From NCBI GenBank assembly GCA_041497195.1, contig JBGQGB010000002.1, forward strand, positions 44,140 to 108,139: a stretch of DNA of 64,000 nucleotides. Reading direction: 5' to 3'. Shown here piece by piece: positions 27,925-37,639 of the stretch (its first letter is position 1; every line of letters starts with the position of its first letter). The translations under genes and the position numbers were made by a program. Source of the stretch: Candidatus Doudnabacteria bacterium (GTDB lineage Bacteria > Patescibacteriota > Doudnabacteria > UBA920 > 2-01-FULL-46-14). The notes under the pieces are model-generated. The model saw nothing but the letters and a program-made list of their open reading frames with translations. It was not told the DNA's origin and ran no database searches.

Positions 27925-28050
27925 TCACTTCGCCGCGGCTGTTTCTTCGCCTGTTTGTCTGGGTTCTCGCAACTTTGTGGGATGGTTATGTGGCTTGGGC
28001 TGGCCTTTGTAACGGGGTTTTCTCCTGCGAGGCGGGAGTGGTCGAGGCAA
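27925..28050 (-). CDS. Candidate 41-aa Pro/Arg-rich small protein
   Basis: AAGGAG SD 6 nt before TTG; stop immediately before the terminator. Confidence 0.4.
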   Translation of the reverse strand: MPRPLPPRRRKPRYKGQPKPHNHPTKLREPRQTGEETAAAK

Positions 28051-28080
28051 TGGCTGCTCCTTTCTGCATTTTTTGAAACA

Positions 28081-28404
28081 TCAGTACTCATAGCCGCACA
28101 AAATCGGTTTGGCCGTGGGGCCTTGAGAAATGATTAAGACGGTATTGTGGGTTGCGCGGCATTCAGGACAGTGCACTGGTTCAGCCAGTGTGAATTGCCG
28201 CATAGCAGCTAATTTGGCCCAGTTTACGAGGCCGAGAGCGGTGCGTTCTTGGAAATAAAAGCGCGGAGTTCTCTCTATGTGTAGGACCGCGGCGATTGTG
28301 CGTGTTGTGTCGCCGTGATGGAAGTGGTAGCAGAGAATCTCCACTTTGTCGCCTGATTGGAACCTTTGCAATTCCGCAACGGAAGTGGGTATGACCGTAG
28401 CCAT
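28081..28404 (-). CDS. Hypothetical protein with CxxC
   Basis: AAGGAGG SD, CPEC. Confidence 0.6.
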   Translation of the reverse strand: MATVIPTSVAELQRFQSGDKVEILCYHFHHGDTTRTIAAVLHIERTPRFYFQERTALGLVNWAKLAAMRQFTLAEPVHCPECRATHNTVLIISQGPTAKPILCGYEY

Positions 28405-28532
28405 GGAGAAATCCTCCTTGGACTCTATGATAATGGGTAAATTAGCAAGAAAACCGAGACTTTGTCAAAGTGCTGGAGCGCTTAGCTTAGTTTTTTGGTA
28501 TAATAGAAGAAATATATTTTTTTCCAAGATTT

Positions 28533-28790
28533 ATGCATCCTGGTGAACGGGAGCAATCAGAATTTAATTTTTCCGAAGGGCAGCCGCCAGCTGGCGCTCC
28601 TAAAGAAACCGACTCCAATACTTCTGGGACGGCCAAGGAGGGGGAAAAGGGTCCGCGAATGAAATTCGCGACTGAAGAAGAGCGGATTCATTGCCAGTAC
28701 TGCGAGGATGTGGGGCCTTGCCAATTTTGCAAGCGAGGCAAGGCAGAAGCCGCACGGTTGCGACTGATGCCCAAGAAGAAGCTGAAATAA
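28533..28790 (+). CDS. Small protein with CxxC-x5-CxxC zinc-finger-like motif
   Basis: CQYCEDVGPCQFC; TATAAT upstream. Confidence 0.65.
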   Translation: MHPGEREQSEFNFSEGQPPAGAPKETDSNTSGTAKEGEKGPRMKFATEEERIHCQYCEDVGPCQFCKRGKAEAARLRLMPKKKLK

Positions 28791-28792
28791 CG

Positions 28793-29380
28793 ATGACGGA
28801 AATTATAAACAAAATCGTTTTGGATTTGGAAACTCAAAAGGATTTTGCTGAGGCGGGCGGGCGGAACAAACACCATTTGTTGCGCGTCTCCGTAGCCGGC
28901 ATTTATTCGTATCCGGACGACCAATATCTGATCTTCGAAGAGAGCGAGGTGCCGAAGCTGGCAGAGTATCTAGAGGCGGCTGATCTAATAATTGGTTTCA
29001 ATAATTTGCAATTCGACCATGAGGTCTTGCAGCCATATTTGAATTTTTCCCTGAAAAAAGTCCCCGTCCTCGATTTGCTCGCCGAAATCGAAAAAGTTTT
29101 GGGCCATCGTATCAGTCTGGAATCAGTGGCCCAGGCGACTTTGGGTGTAGGCAAAACCGGCTCCGGGCTGAATGCGATTCGTCTCTGGAAATCAGGCCAA
29201 ATCGACAAGCTCAAACAGTATTGCCTCGATGACGTGAAACTGACTAGGGAAGTGTATGAGTACGCGGCCAACAACGGAAAGCTGATGTATCAGGATTTTT
29301 TTGACACTCGCGAGATTCCCTTGATTTTTCCCGAGGCTTTCAAGCGCACTAACGTCGTCAGGCAAAGCAGCCTTTTTTAA
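28793..29380 (+). CDS. Ribonuclease H-like (YprB/RNase_H_2) domain protein
   Basis: VLDLET, IGFN...FD, DL, YC.DDV. Confidence 0.88.
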   Translation: MTEIINKIVLDLETQKDFAEAGGRNKHHLLRVSVAGIYSYPDDQYLIFEESEVPKLAEYLEAADLIIGFNNLQFDHEVLQPYLNFSLKKVPVLDLLAEIEKVLGHRISLESVAQATLGVGKTGSGLNAIRLWKSGQIDKLKQYCLDDVKLTREVYEYAANNGKLMYQDFFDTREIPLIFPEAFKRTNVVRQSSLF

Positions 29381-29384
29381 AAAC

Positions 29385-30242
29385 ATGCGCATTTTTTTCT
29401 TTGTCATACTTTTTTTGGCGCTATCGATTTTTGCGGTTTTCTATGTCGCCCCGGTGTTTCGCGGCGACATCGCGATACGAGGGGAATATTATATCGGACC
29501 AGTTCGGATCAGTTTGTACGGTATTCTGATGGCTGCCTCCATACTGATCGGGTTTTTTATTAGTTCTCATTTGGCTCCCCGAATCGGGCTGGATAAAGCG
29601 CACGTGGAAAGCCTTCTGCCGTGGCTGGTAATTTTCGGATTTCTGGGAGCGCGCTTGTATTACGTGATTTTTGATTGGGGGCAGTTTAGTCCAGACCTTT
29701 GGGAGCTACTCAAAGTCTGGCACGGCGGCCTCTCCATTTACGGGGGCGTCTTGGGGGGGATTTCGGGAATGATTCTTTATTCAGGGTTTTATAAGGTCGG
29801 GATTTGGCAGATTTTGGATATAGTGGCTGTGGCCGCGCCTTTGGGCCAGGCTATCGGGCGCTGGGGGAATTTTTTCAATCAGGAAGCATTTGGCTTGCCC
29901 ACTCATTTGCCCTGGGGGATGTATGTGGAGCCGCTCTATCGCCCGCTGCAGTATCTGAGTGATAATTTTTTTCACCCAGCGTTTCTGTATGAGTCACTTT
30001 GGGATCTCGCAGTTTTTCTGATTTTGTGGTATGGTTTCAAAACTCGCGGCGGCACCGGAATGGTGGCGGGAAGCTATCTGATTCTCTATTCTTTGGGCAG
30101 GTTTCTGATAGAACCCTTGCGCCTGGACAGCTTCTTCATCAATTCGTTTCGGGTCGACCAGCTGACTGCTCTGGTTATGATGGTCGGCGGCGTTTTTATC
30201 CTTTACTCAAGTTATGAGAGACAGAACGTGGAAAGTCGCTAA
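29385..30242 (+). CDS. lgt: Prolipoprotein diacylglyceryl transferase
   Basis: YG, GARLYYV, WHGGLSIYGG, GQAIGRWGNFFNQEAFG, HPAFLYES. Confidence 0.95.
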   Translation: MRIFFFVILFLALSIFAVFYVAPVFRGDIAIRGEYYIGPVRISLYGILMAASILIGFFISSHLAPRIGLDKAHVESLLPWLVIFGFLGARLYYVIFDWGQFSPDLWELLKVWHGGLSIYGGVLGGISGMILYSGFYKVGIWQILDIVAVAAPLGQAIGRWGNFFNQEAFGLPTHLPWGMYVEPLYRPLQYLSDNFFHPAFLYESLWDLAVFLILWYGFKTRGGTGMVAGSYLILYSLGRFLIEPLRLDSFFINSFRVDQLTALVMMVGGVFILYSSYERQNVESR

Positions 30243-30957
30243 TATTCTTTTTGGCCTGCTTGTTTTGGGCATTGGCGTCGGCCCCAACATGAGCCCCGGC
30301 CGTTACGGCTTGTTTGCCTTCGGAGCTATAGCGGTTTTGACCGTCTTGAACGTTTTTCGGTTGCGCAATAGTGGAAAATTGCAAGCCGGTAGCTACCTCG
30401 AGCTCATTCCGCCATTTTTGTTTTTGCTCGGCCTGTTTGGCGCGTTGGCAGCCGTTTCGGCCGCAGTGGTAAAAATTTTTGCAGCCGCAGTCGGGGCAAT
30501 ACTTCTGTATTTTTACGAACTTGGTTATCCGGCCAAGCACCCTGCTTCTTTCCGGGATGTGTTCATTCTGAGCACCGGTTTTCTGGCGCTGCTCTCCATT
30601 TGGTCGGTAAACTATTTTTTCACGCCCACGTGGTGGTCAGTGTTGCTCTCCACGGCAGCGGTTTTTGTTTTGCTATTTTGGGGCGTTTTTTTGCATTTGG
30701 GGAAAGACGCCGCGCGAAGTTTACTCTACGCGCTTTTGATTTCCTTTCTGTTGACGGAAATCACCTGGGTGGTTCTATATTGGCCCGTTCATTTCCTCAC
30801 CGCCGCAGCCACTGTATTTGCCGGTTTTTACCTGCTATACATGATCAGTACCCTGCAATTCAGCGGGCGACTGAGCCGGTCAAGAGTTTATTTTCACCTG
30901 GTCCTGATTTTATTTGTGCTGATATTTAGTCTTTTAACCTCGTCATGGCAACCCTAA
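30214..30957 (+). CDS. Polytopic membrane protein
   Basis: About 8-9 TM helices; E..W...YWP motif. Confidence 0.75.
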   Translation: MRDRTWKVANILFGLLVLGIGVGPNMSPGRYGLFAFGAIAVLTVLNVFRLRNSGKLQAGSYLELIPPFLFLLGLFGALAAVSAAVVKIFAAAVGAILLYFYELGYPAKHPASFRDVFILSTGFLALLSIWSVNYFFTPTWWSVLLSTAAVFVLLFWGVFLHLGKDAARSLLYALLISFLLTEITWVVLYWPVHFLTAAATVFAGFYLLYMISTLQFSGRLSRSRVYFHLVLILFVLIFSLLTSSWQP

Positions 30958-32018
30958 AGAAAAATTTAGCTTTCAAATTGCTGCTGATTTTGGTGCTGGG
31001 TGGCATCGGCGGAGTTTTGATGGACCGATTGGTTTTGCCCTACCTGAGTGCCGTGCCGGGACTGAGAAATCTTCATTTAGGGAGCCAGGCTACTCCGGTG
31101 ATGATCAATACCAGAGAAGAAGTGCAGATTGACGACGGGATTAATAACGCCGATGTCCTTTCTCGAGTCAAAAGTTCTTTAGTCACGGTTTACGAACATT
31201 CCGCTGCATTTTCCGATCCGAAATTTCGTGTGATTCAATCTGTCGACGGGGTCATCGTCACGAGTGACGGAATCGTAGTTGTCCCCGCTGCCGCGGTTCG
31301 CTCGGACCTCAATCTGACCGTTTTGGTCGTTGGTCTTGCGGCCAAGCCAGCCAAACTCATTGCTACGGATCCGCTCATGGGACTAGCATTTCTCAAGATT
31401 GACGCCCATGATTTATCCGTAATCAAGCAGGGATTTAGCGAAGATTTGCAGATTGGAGAACGGCTTTTGGTACTTGCTCCACGCGAAAGCACTGTAAATG
31501 CTTATTTGCAGAGTACGGTTGTTTCCGGTTTGAGCCTTGCCCTTGCTGGTTTGCAGCGCATTTACGATCTGTCCCGTCCCAATGCGACCCTGCAGACCGG
31601 CCTTGATTCCGCGAGCGTGCCTTTGGGGGCCGTATTTGTGAATCGTGATGGCGCCCTGGTCGGTTTTGCCACGCAAATCGGCAAAGACATAATCGTATTG
31701 AGGTCTGAGGACCTGAAACTATCAGTGAATAATTTTCTGACTGATCAAAAGATTTCTTGGCCAGCGCAAAAAGTGAGCTACGAGATTTTGGGTGAAGACC
31801 AGACCCCGCTCTTAAATCTTTCCCAAAAAAATGGCATACTGGTAAAGTCAGCGGTGCTACCCTTGCGCGAGAACGATTTCGTATACGCGGTGGACGGCAA
31901 TCAGATCAGCCCGCGCCAGGATTTCCAGGACTTGATCCTGCAAAAAAATCCGGGGGACAAAGTCACCTTGAGCATTTTGCGTGCCGGGACAGCTATGCAG
32001 ATCCAGATAACTTTGTGA
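30945..32018 (+). CDS. HtrA/DegP-like trypsin+PDZ protein lacking the catalytic triad
   Basis: TM anchor, GVIVTSDG, LAFLKI, L.IGE, VNRDG.LVG, PDZ (D.VYAVDG..PGDKVTLSILR). Confidence 0.8.
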   Translation: MATLKKNLAFKLLLILVLGGIGGVLMDRLVLPYLSAVPGLRNLHLGSQATPVMINTREEVQIDDGINNADVLSRVKSSLVTVYEHSAAFSDPKFRVIQSVDGVIVTSDGIVVVPAAAVRSDLNLTVLVVGLAAKPAKLIATDPLMGLAFLKIDAHDLSVIKQGFSEDLQIGERLLVLAPRESTVNAYLQSTVVSGLSLALAGLQRIYDLSRPNATLQTGLDSASVPLGAVFVNRDGALVGFATQIGKDIIVLRSEDLKLSVNNFLTDQKISWPAQKVSYEILGEDQTPLLNLSQKNGILVKSAVLPLRENDFVYAVDGNQISPRQDFQDLILQKNPGDKVTLSILRAGTAMQIQITL

Positions 32019-32032
32019 ATTAAAGAGCAAGC

Positions 32033-32512
32033 ATGATCGAAGGAGTAAAAATCAAACAGCTCAAAGTGCACCAGGACATTCCGGATTTGGAGCAGCCAGC
32101 GGTAAAGCCCGGCTTTCTCATGGAGGTCGTGCGCAGTGATGAAAATCTACTCAAAAAATTTGGTCAGTCTACTTATACTCTAGCGCATAAAGGAACCATC
32201 AAAGGTTTTCACTGGCACGAGCGGCAGGACGATCTGTGGTTTATGGCCAGTGGTCGAGCCGCAATAGTCTTGCACGATTTGCGCCCCCAATCGCCAACCT
32301 ACAAGCAGACAGAAGTCTTGTACGCGGGAGCAGGGGACTATAAAGTCATCATGATTCCCGTTGGGGTGGCGCACGGTTATAAAGTCCTCTCGGACGAACC
32401 GGTTGCTTTGTTTTATCATACAACCGAGCCGTATGATCCGATGAATATAGACGAACAGCGGATTACTTGGAATGATCCGTCAATTGGTTTTGATTGGGAG
32501 AGCCTCAAGTAA
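32033..32512 (+). CDS. rmlC: dTDP-4-dehydrorhamnose 3,5-epimerase family cupin
   Basis: IEGV, G.IKGFHWH, DLR..SPTY, IP.GVAHG, WNDP. Confidence 0.88.
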   Translation: MIEGVKIKQLKVHQDIPDLEQPAVKPGFLMEVVRSDENLLKKFGQSTYTLAHKGTIKGFHWHERQDDLWFMASGRAAIVLHDLRPQSPTYKQTEVLYAGAGDYKVIMIPVGVAHGYKVLSDEPVALFYHTTEPYDPMNIDEQRITWNDPSIGFDWESLK

Positions 32513-32548
32513 TTTAAAATTTTCAATTTCTAATTTTCAAACCGAAAA

Positions 32549-32968
32549 ATGAAAGAAAATTGCGTATTTTGCAAAATTGTGGCTTGGGAGACGCCGTCTC
32601 AGCGCGTCCACGACGACGATGAGTATATCGCTTTTTTGGACATCAACCCGATCAATTTCGGCCATATTTTGATTATTCCTCGGGAACATTACGCGAACAT
32701 GGACGACGCGCCGGAAGAGACTGTGGCAGCCATGATGAAACTGGCTAAAAAAATCGGACCAGCCGCCGTGAAAGCGATGGGTGCTGATGCCTACAATATC
32801 GGTATCAACAATGGCCGTGCCGCCGGGCAGCTCGTCGACCATGTCCATTTGCACGTCATACCGCGAACCGAAGGAGATGGGCTCCGAGCATGGGCCGGGC
32901 GGAGCCGGTACGCCGAAGGGCAGATGGGAGCGACTGCGAAAAAAATAAAAGCAGAATTAGACAAATGA
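32549..32968 (+). CDS. HIT family hydrolase
   Basis: CVFCKIV, AFLDINP..GH, HVHLHVIPR. Confidence 0.95.
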   Translation: MKENCVFCKIVAWETPSQRVHDDDEYIAFLDINPINFGHILIIPREHYANMDDAPEETVAAMMKLAKKIGPAAVKAMGADAYNIGINNGRAAGQLVDHVHLHVIPRTEGDGLRAWAGRSRYAEGQMGATAKKIKAELDK

Positions 32969-33876
32969 AGATTTGGGTGTCAGGCAGCATCGCGCGAGAT
33001 TTGATAATGGATTTTCCGGGGCGGTTTGCCGAGCACATTGATCCGCGGAAGCTTCATATATTGAATTTAAGCTTCGCCGTGAAAGCTTTGCGGGAAAATA
33101 TCGGCGGTACGGCGGCGAACATTGCTTATAATTTGACTTTCTTAGGCGAGCGGCCGGAAATTTTAGGCAGTATCGGGTTTGACCAGCAGGGCCTGCGGGA
33201 CTATTTGCGAACTTACAAAGTTGGCATTCGCGGGTTGAATGTATCCAAACGCTTCCGCACTGCCGCCGCTTATATCATCACTGACCGGGATGACAATCAG
33301 CTGGCCGGTTTTTATGCCGGTGCGATGCTTGAGCCCCTGAAGTGGCTTCCGCCAGCCAGACTCGGCGATTGGGCCATTGTGGCGGCGGAACACACTGCCA
33401 ACATGGTCCGTCTCGCCCGGTTTTATCAAAAGAGAGGAGTAAATTTTATTTTTGATCCCGGGCAGCAAATCACGGCTTTGACCGACCTCCAGCTATCCGC
33501 GGGAATTGCGGGCGGGAAAATTTTGATTGGCAATGACTATGAGATTGGTTTGGCGCAAAAGCGAGTGCGAGTGCGTTGTCCGGTGGTGGTGAGGACTTTC
33601 GGACCCAAAGGTTCGGAGATCGTAGTGGCTGGGAAAAAGAAAATTCGCGTTGGTATCGCCAAGCCCCGCCGCGTCGTTGATCCGACCGGGGCCGGAGACG
33701 CGTACCGGGCGGGCTTTCTAAAAGGGCTCCTAATAGGGTATAATTTAAAAACTTGCGGACAAATTGCGGCAACAGTGGCTTCGTACGCCGTGGAAGAGTA
33801 CGGTACCCAAAATCACAAATTTACCTGGTTGCAAATCAAGCGCAGACACAATTTAAATTTTAAAGACAAAATTTGA
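32965..33876 (+). CDS. PfkB family kinase, adenosine-kinase-like
   Basis: GSIARD, GGTAANIAY, FDPGQQ, NDYE, DPTGAGDAYRAG. Confidence 0.88.
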   Translation: MKIWVSGSIARDLIMDFPGRFAEHIDPRKLHILNLSFAVKALRENIGGTAANIAYNLTFLGERPEILGSIGFDQQGLRDYLRTYKVGIRGLNVSKRFRTAAAYIITDRDDNQLAGFYAGAMLEPLKWLPPARLGDWAIVAAEHTANMVRLARFYQKRGVNFIFDPGQQITALTDLQLSAGIAGGKILIGNDYEIGLAQKRVRVRCPVVVRTFGPKGSEIVVAGKKKIRVGIAKPRRVVDPTGAGDAYRAGFLKGLLIGYNLKTCGQIAATVASYAVEEYGTQNHKFTWLQIKRRHNLNFKDKI

Positions 33877-34346
33877 ATAACCCAGAAATCACAAAGGACA
33901 AATATTGTTTGATTTGTGAGAGAATAGACTTGATAAAGAAGGGAGAGAACCCGTATTTTGTTAAAGAACTTCAGAGTGGTTATGTTGTGCTAGGAGATTA
34001 TCAGTATTATAAAGGGTACGCTTTATTTTTGTGTAAAAAACATGTATCTGAGCTTCACATGCTCGAAAAAGATTTTCGTAGTAAATACATTGAAAAGATG
34101 GCTAGTGTTGGTGAGGCCGTGTTTAATGCTTTCAAACCGGCCAAATTAAATTACGAGCTTTTGGGGAATACTGACAGACTTCACATTCATTGGCATTTTT
34201 TTCCCAGATACCAAGACGATCTTGCTCCGCTTCATCCAGTCTGGGAGACACCCAAAAGCATCCGCGAAGCTGAGACTATGCGGCCTAGCCCAGAGCAATT
34301 ATCTAAACTTAAAAAGCAGTTGCTTGATTTTTTTGAGAAAAACTAA
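33873..34346 (+). CDS. HIT family protein (second, AT-rich)
   Basis: [22 protein letters not shown]. Confidence 0.9.
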   Translation: MNNPEITKDKYCLICERIDLIKKGENPYFVKELQSGYVVLGDYQYYKGYALFLCKKHVSELHMLEKDFRSKYIEKMASVGEAVFNAFKPAKLNYELLGNTDRLHIHWHFFPRYQDDLAPLHPVWETPKSIREAETMRPSPEQLSKLKKQLLDFFEKN

Positions 34347-35602
34347 TGAATTCCGACGTAAAAAATTTGAAGTTAGCACCGAAAGGTCAGCAGCGCATTG
34401 ACTGGGCAGCACGGGAAATGCCGGTTCTGCGGAAAATCCGCGAAGAATTTGCCAAACGCAAACCCTTGAAAGGTGTCAGACTCGCCGCGTGCCTGCATGT
34501 CACGGCAGAAACCGCCAATCTGATGCTAACCCTCAAAGCCGGCGGCGCGAACGTAGTTTTGTGCGCGTCCAACCCCCTCTCCACCCAAGACGAAGTGGCG
34601 GCTGCATTGGTTGTCAATCAAAAGATCCTGGTGTTTGCCAAGCGGGGCGAGAACCGCAAGCAGTATTATGAGTATTTGAACAAAGCATTGGATTTGAAGC
34701 CGAATATCACCATGGACGACGGCGCGGACTTGGTCAGCCTTTTGCACGGGGCAAGGGAGAAACTGGCGAAAAATATCTGGGGCTCATCCGAAGAAACCAC
34801 GACCGGGGTCATCCGGCTGAAGAGTCTGGCCAAGAGCGGAAAATTGAAATTCCCCGTGATTGCGGTAAATGATTCGAAAACCAAATTTATGTTTGATAAT
34901 CGCTACGGCACCGGCCAGTCTGCCATCGACGGGATTCTTCGCGCGACCAACATTCTCCTGGCTGGCAAAGTTTTTGCAGTGATCGGTTACGGTTGGTGCG
35001 GCCGCGGCATTGCTATGCGGGCGCGGGGAATGGGCGCTGAGGTGGTCATATGCGAGGTGGATCCGGTGCGCGCCCTGGAGGCGCGCATGGACGGGTTCGA
35101 CGTCAGCACGACGCTTCAGGCTGCCGGCCGCGGGGATATTTTCGTGACAGCCACTGGCGATATGAACGCTCTGGATCTCGAAGATTTTGAGCATATGAAA
35201 GACGGGGCAGTGCTGGCCAATGCCGGACATTTTGACCTGGAAATAGACGTGAAAAGCCTTTCGGAAATAGCCAAAGAAAAAATCGAGGTCCGACCGAACC
35301 TGGTCCAATACAAAATTTCTGCGAACAAGTCTTTGTATCTTATCGCCGAGGGTCGGTTGGTCAATCTGGCTGCAGCAGAGGGGCATCCGGCAGCAGTCAT
35401 GGATATGAGTTTTGCGGGGCAGGCGCGCGCGGCCGAGTACATCGCGAAAACTCACCGCAAGCTCAAGAAGCAGGTTTACGCCTTGCCTTCAGAAATTGAT
35501 GAAGACATAGCGCATTTGAAGCTTGAAGCCATGGGGATTGAGATTGACCAGCTGACCGCAGAGCAGAAGAAATATTTGAGTTCTTGGGAAATAGGTACCT
35601 AA
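34346..35602 (+). CDS. ahcY: Adenosylhomocysteinase
   Basis: [50 protein letters not shown]. Confidence 0.97.
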   Translation: MNSDVKNLKLAPKGQQRIDWAAREMPVLRKIREEFAKRKPLKGVRLAACLHVTAETANLMLTLKAGGANVVLCASNPLSTQDEVAAALVVNQKILVFAKRGENRKQYYEYLNKALDLKPNITMDDGADLVSLLHGAREKLAKNIWGSSEETTTGVIRLKSLAKSGKLKFPVIAVNDSKTKFMFDNRYGTGQSAIDGILRATNILLAGKVFAVIGYGWCGRGIAMRARGMGAEVVICEVDPVRALEARMDGFDVSTTLQAAGRGDIFVTATGDMNALDLEDFEHMKDGAVLANAGHFDLEIDVKSLSEIAKEKIEVRPNLVQYKISANKSLYLIAEGRLVNLAAAEGHPAAVMDMSFAGQARAAEYIAKTHRKLKKQVYALPSEIDEDIAHLKLEAMGIEIDQLTAEQKKYLSSWEIGT

Positions 35603-35606
35603 ATTT

Positions 35607-36089
35607 ATGGCCGAGAGAGTTTTAACGCAGGGATTTGTTGTGGTCGGGGCGATAATTGAGCAAGATGGCAAGGTTTTGTTGGTGCAGGAAAATTCGGGTA
35701 TGGACAAAGGGCATTGGAATCAGCCAGCCGGCTGGTTGGACGTGGGAGAGGACCCGATCAAGGCGGTTGCGAGAGAAGTGATGGAGGAAACCGGGCTGAT
35801 GTTTGAGCCAACTGCTCTAATCGGGATATACTCGTTGGTTCGCAAGGATCGAGAACTCTTGGGACATGGGATTCCCCACGGGACAAAACTGATTTTCAAA
35901 GGCCACCATTCCGGTCAGATCAAAATTGACCCGGAAGAGGTTGCAGATATACGGTGGTTCACTAAGGATGAGATCGAGGCCATGGACTTGGACACTCTTC
36001 GCGACCTGGACATCAAAAAAGAAGTTGCAGACTATTTTGCGGGGAGGGCTTTCCCTCTGGATATCATCCGCCATACGATAAGTGAATGA
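35607..36089 (+). CDS. NUDIX hydrolase
   Basis: WNQPAG.LD.GE....AVAREVMEETG. Confidence 0.92.
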   Translation: MAERVLTQGFVVVGAIIEQDGKVLLVQENSGMDKGHWNQPAGWLDVGEDPIKAVAREVMEETGLMFEPTALIGIYSLVRKDRELLGHGIPHGTKLIFKGHHSGQIKIDPEEVADIRWFTKDEIEAMDLDTLRDLDIKKEVADYFAGRAFPLDIIRHTISE

Positions 36090-36627
36090 TTTTATGGGCA
36101 ATTGGAAAAAACTTTCGAGTAAATACGTCTACCAAAACCCGTGGATGAAAATCCGTGAGGATAAAGTAGTCAGGCCAGACGGCAAGCCTGGGATTTATGG
36201 AGTGATAGAAAACGTGTCAGGGGTTTGCGTTATTCCTCTGGCAGAAGACCAAAAGGTTTGGATGGTCAAAAGTTATCGCTATATTTTTGATGATGCTTTG
36301 TGGGAACTAGTTGACGGAGATATCGATGAGGGCGAAACTCCCGAACAAGCGGCGCGGCGGGAGCTACTGGAGGAAATGGGTATGGAGGCAGCTGATTGGC
36401 AGCGTTTGGGACAGTTCCGCCCGAGCGATGGCACAATCCATCAGGTGACTCATATTTTTTTGGCGAAAGGCTTATCCAAAATAACCGAGCCGAAAGATGA
36501 ATTTGATATTCTCGAAAGGCAGAGCTTTTCTCTTAAGGAAATCAATGAGATGATCAATCGTGGCGAAACGCAGTGCGGATACGTGATGAATGCTTTGTAT
36601 TTTTACTATTTGCGGGAAAGGCCATGA
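36082..36627 (+). CDS. NUDIX hydrolase (ADP-ribose pyrophosphatase-like)
   Basis: YQNPW.KIRED.V.RPDG, G.IDEGETPEQAARRELLEEMG. Confidence 0.9.
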   Translation: MNDFMGNWKKLSSKYVYQNPWMKIREDKVVRPDGKPGIYGVIENVSGVCVIPLAEDQKVWMVKSYRYIFDDALWELVDGDIDEGETPEQAARRELLEEMGMEAADWQRLGQFRPSDGTIHQVTHIFLAKGLSKITEPKDEFDILERQSFSLKEINEMINRGETQCGYVMNALYFYYLRERP

Positions 36628-37634
36628 AACTTCTGGTTACAGGCGGAGCCGGTTTCATCGGTTCCAATTTCATCCACTATTGGCTCAAAAATCATCCGGC
36701 AGACGAGATTGTTAATTTTGACAAACTGACTTATGCCGGCAACCTGGAAAATCTCAGAGGTATAGAGAAGAATCCGAACTACACATTTATAAAAGGCGAC
36801 ATAGCGGGCACCAGCGCGGTTGAAACTGCGGTTAGGGGCATGGATGTAGTAGTTAATTTTGCTGCTGAATCGCACGTAGACCGTTCCATTCTTGGTCCGG
36901 CGGAATTTATCAATACCAATGTGGTCGGAACGCAAGTACTTTTGGACGCGGCCCTAAAAGCGAGCGTAAAGCGCTTCCATCACATCTCCACTGACGAGGT
37001 TTTTGGCCAGATTCCCCTGGAGTCAAAGGAAAAGTTTAACGAGCAAAGCAAATATAATCCGCGGAGCCCTTATGCCGCGTCCAAGGCCGCCTCAGACCAT
37101 TTAGTGAACTCGTATTATGCGACCTACGGGCTGCCGATTACGATTACGAATTGCTCCAACAATTACGGCCCGTATATGTTTCCGGAAAAGTTTTTACCCT
37201 TGGCTATTACCAATCTGCTGGAAGGCAAAAATATTCCAGTATATGCTCCCGGCAATCAGGTCAGGGATTGGCTGTATGTCGAGGATCATTGCTCAGCGAT
37301 AGAATTGGTGCTGGAAAAAGGGAAAATAGGGGAAACCTATTGCGTTGGGGGGATGGATGAGGAAATCTCCAATCTTGAGATAGCGAGAAAAATTGTCAGG
37401 CTCATGCGTCAATCAGAGGATATGATTCAATTAGTGAAGGACCGACCCGGCCATGATGTGAAGTATGCGATTGACTCCGCCAAAATCAAAACTGAACTGG
37501 GCTGGCGGCCGCAGGTCAGCTTTGAAGACGGTTTGAAGCAGACGATCGATTGGTACATGAAAAATGAATCCTGGTGGAAGCCCTTGAAGGAAAAAAGTCG
37601 TGAATACTTTAAGAAGCAATACGAAGAGCGATAG
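36624..37634 (+). CDS. rfbB: dTDP-glucose 4,6-dehydratase
   Basis: TGGAGFIGS, DKLTYAGN, AAESHVDRSI, STDEVFG, YAASKA, CSNNYGP, DRPGHD. Confidence 0.97.
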   Translation: MKLLVTGGAGFIGSNFIHYWLKNHPADEIVNFDKLTYAGNLENLRGIEKNPNYTFIKGDIAGTSAVETAVRGMDVVVNFAAESHVDRSILGPAEFINTNVVGTQVLLDAALKASVKRFHHISTDEVFGQIPLESKEKFNEQSKYNPRSPYAASKAASDHLVNSYYATYGLPITITNCSNNYGPYMFPEKFLPLAITNLLEGKNIPVYAPGNQVRDWLYVEDHCSAIELVLEKGKIGETYCVGGMDEEISNLEIARKIVRLMRQSEDMIQLVKDRPGHDVKYAIDSAKIKTELGWRPQVSFEDGLKQTIDWYMKNESWWKPLKEKSREYFKKQYEER

Positions 37635-37639
37635 AATTT

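Noticed and set aside
27561-28091. 176-aa minus-strand ORF
   Set aside because: It crosses a terminator and overlaps alkD antisense; no motif
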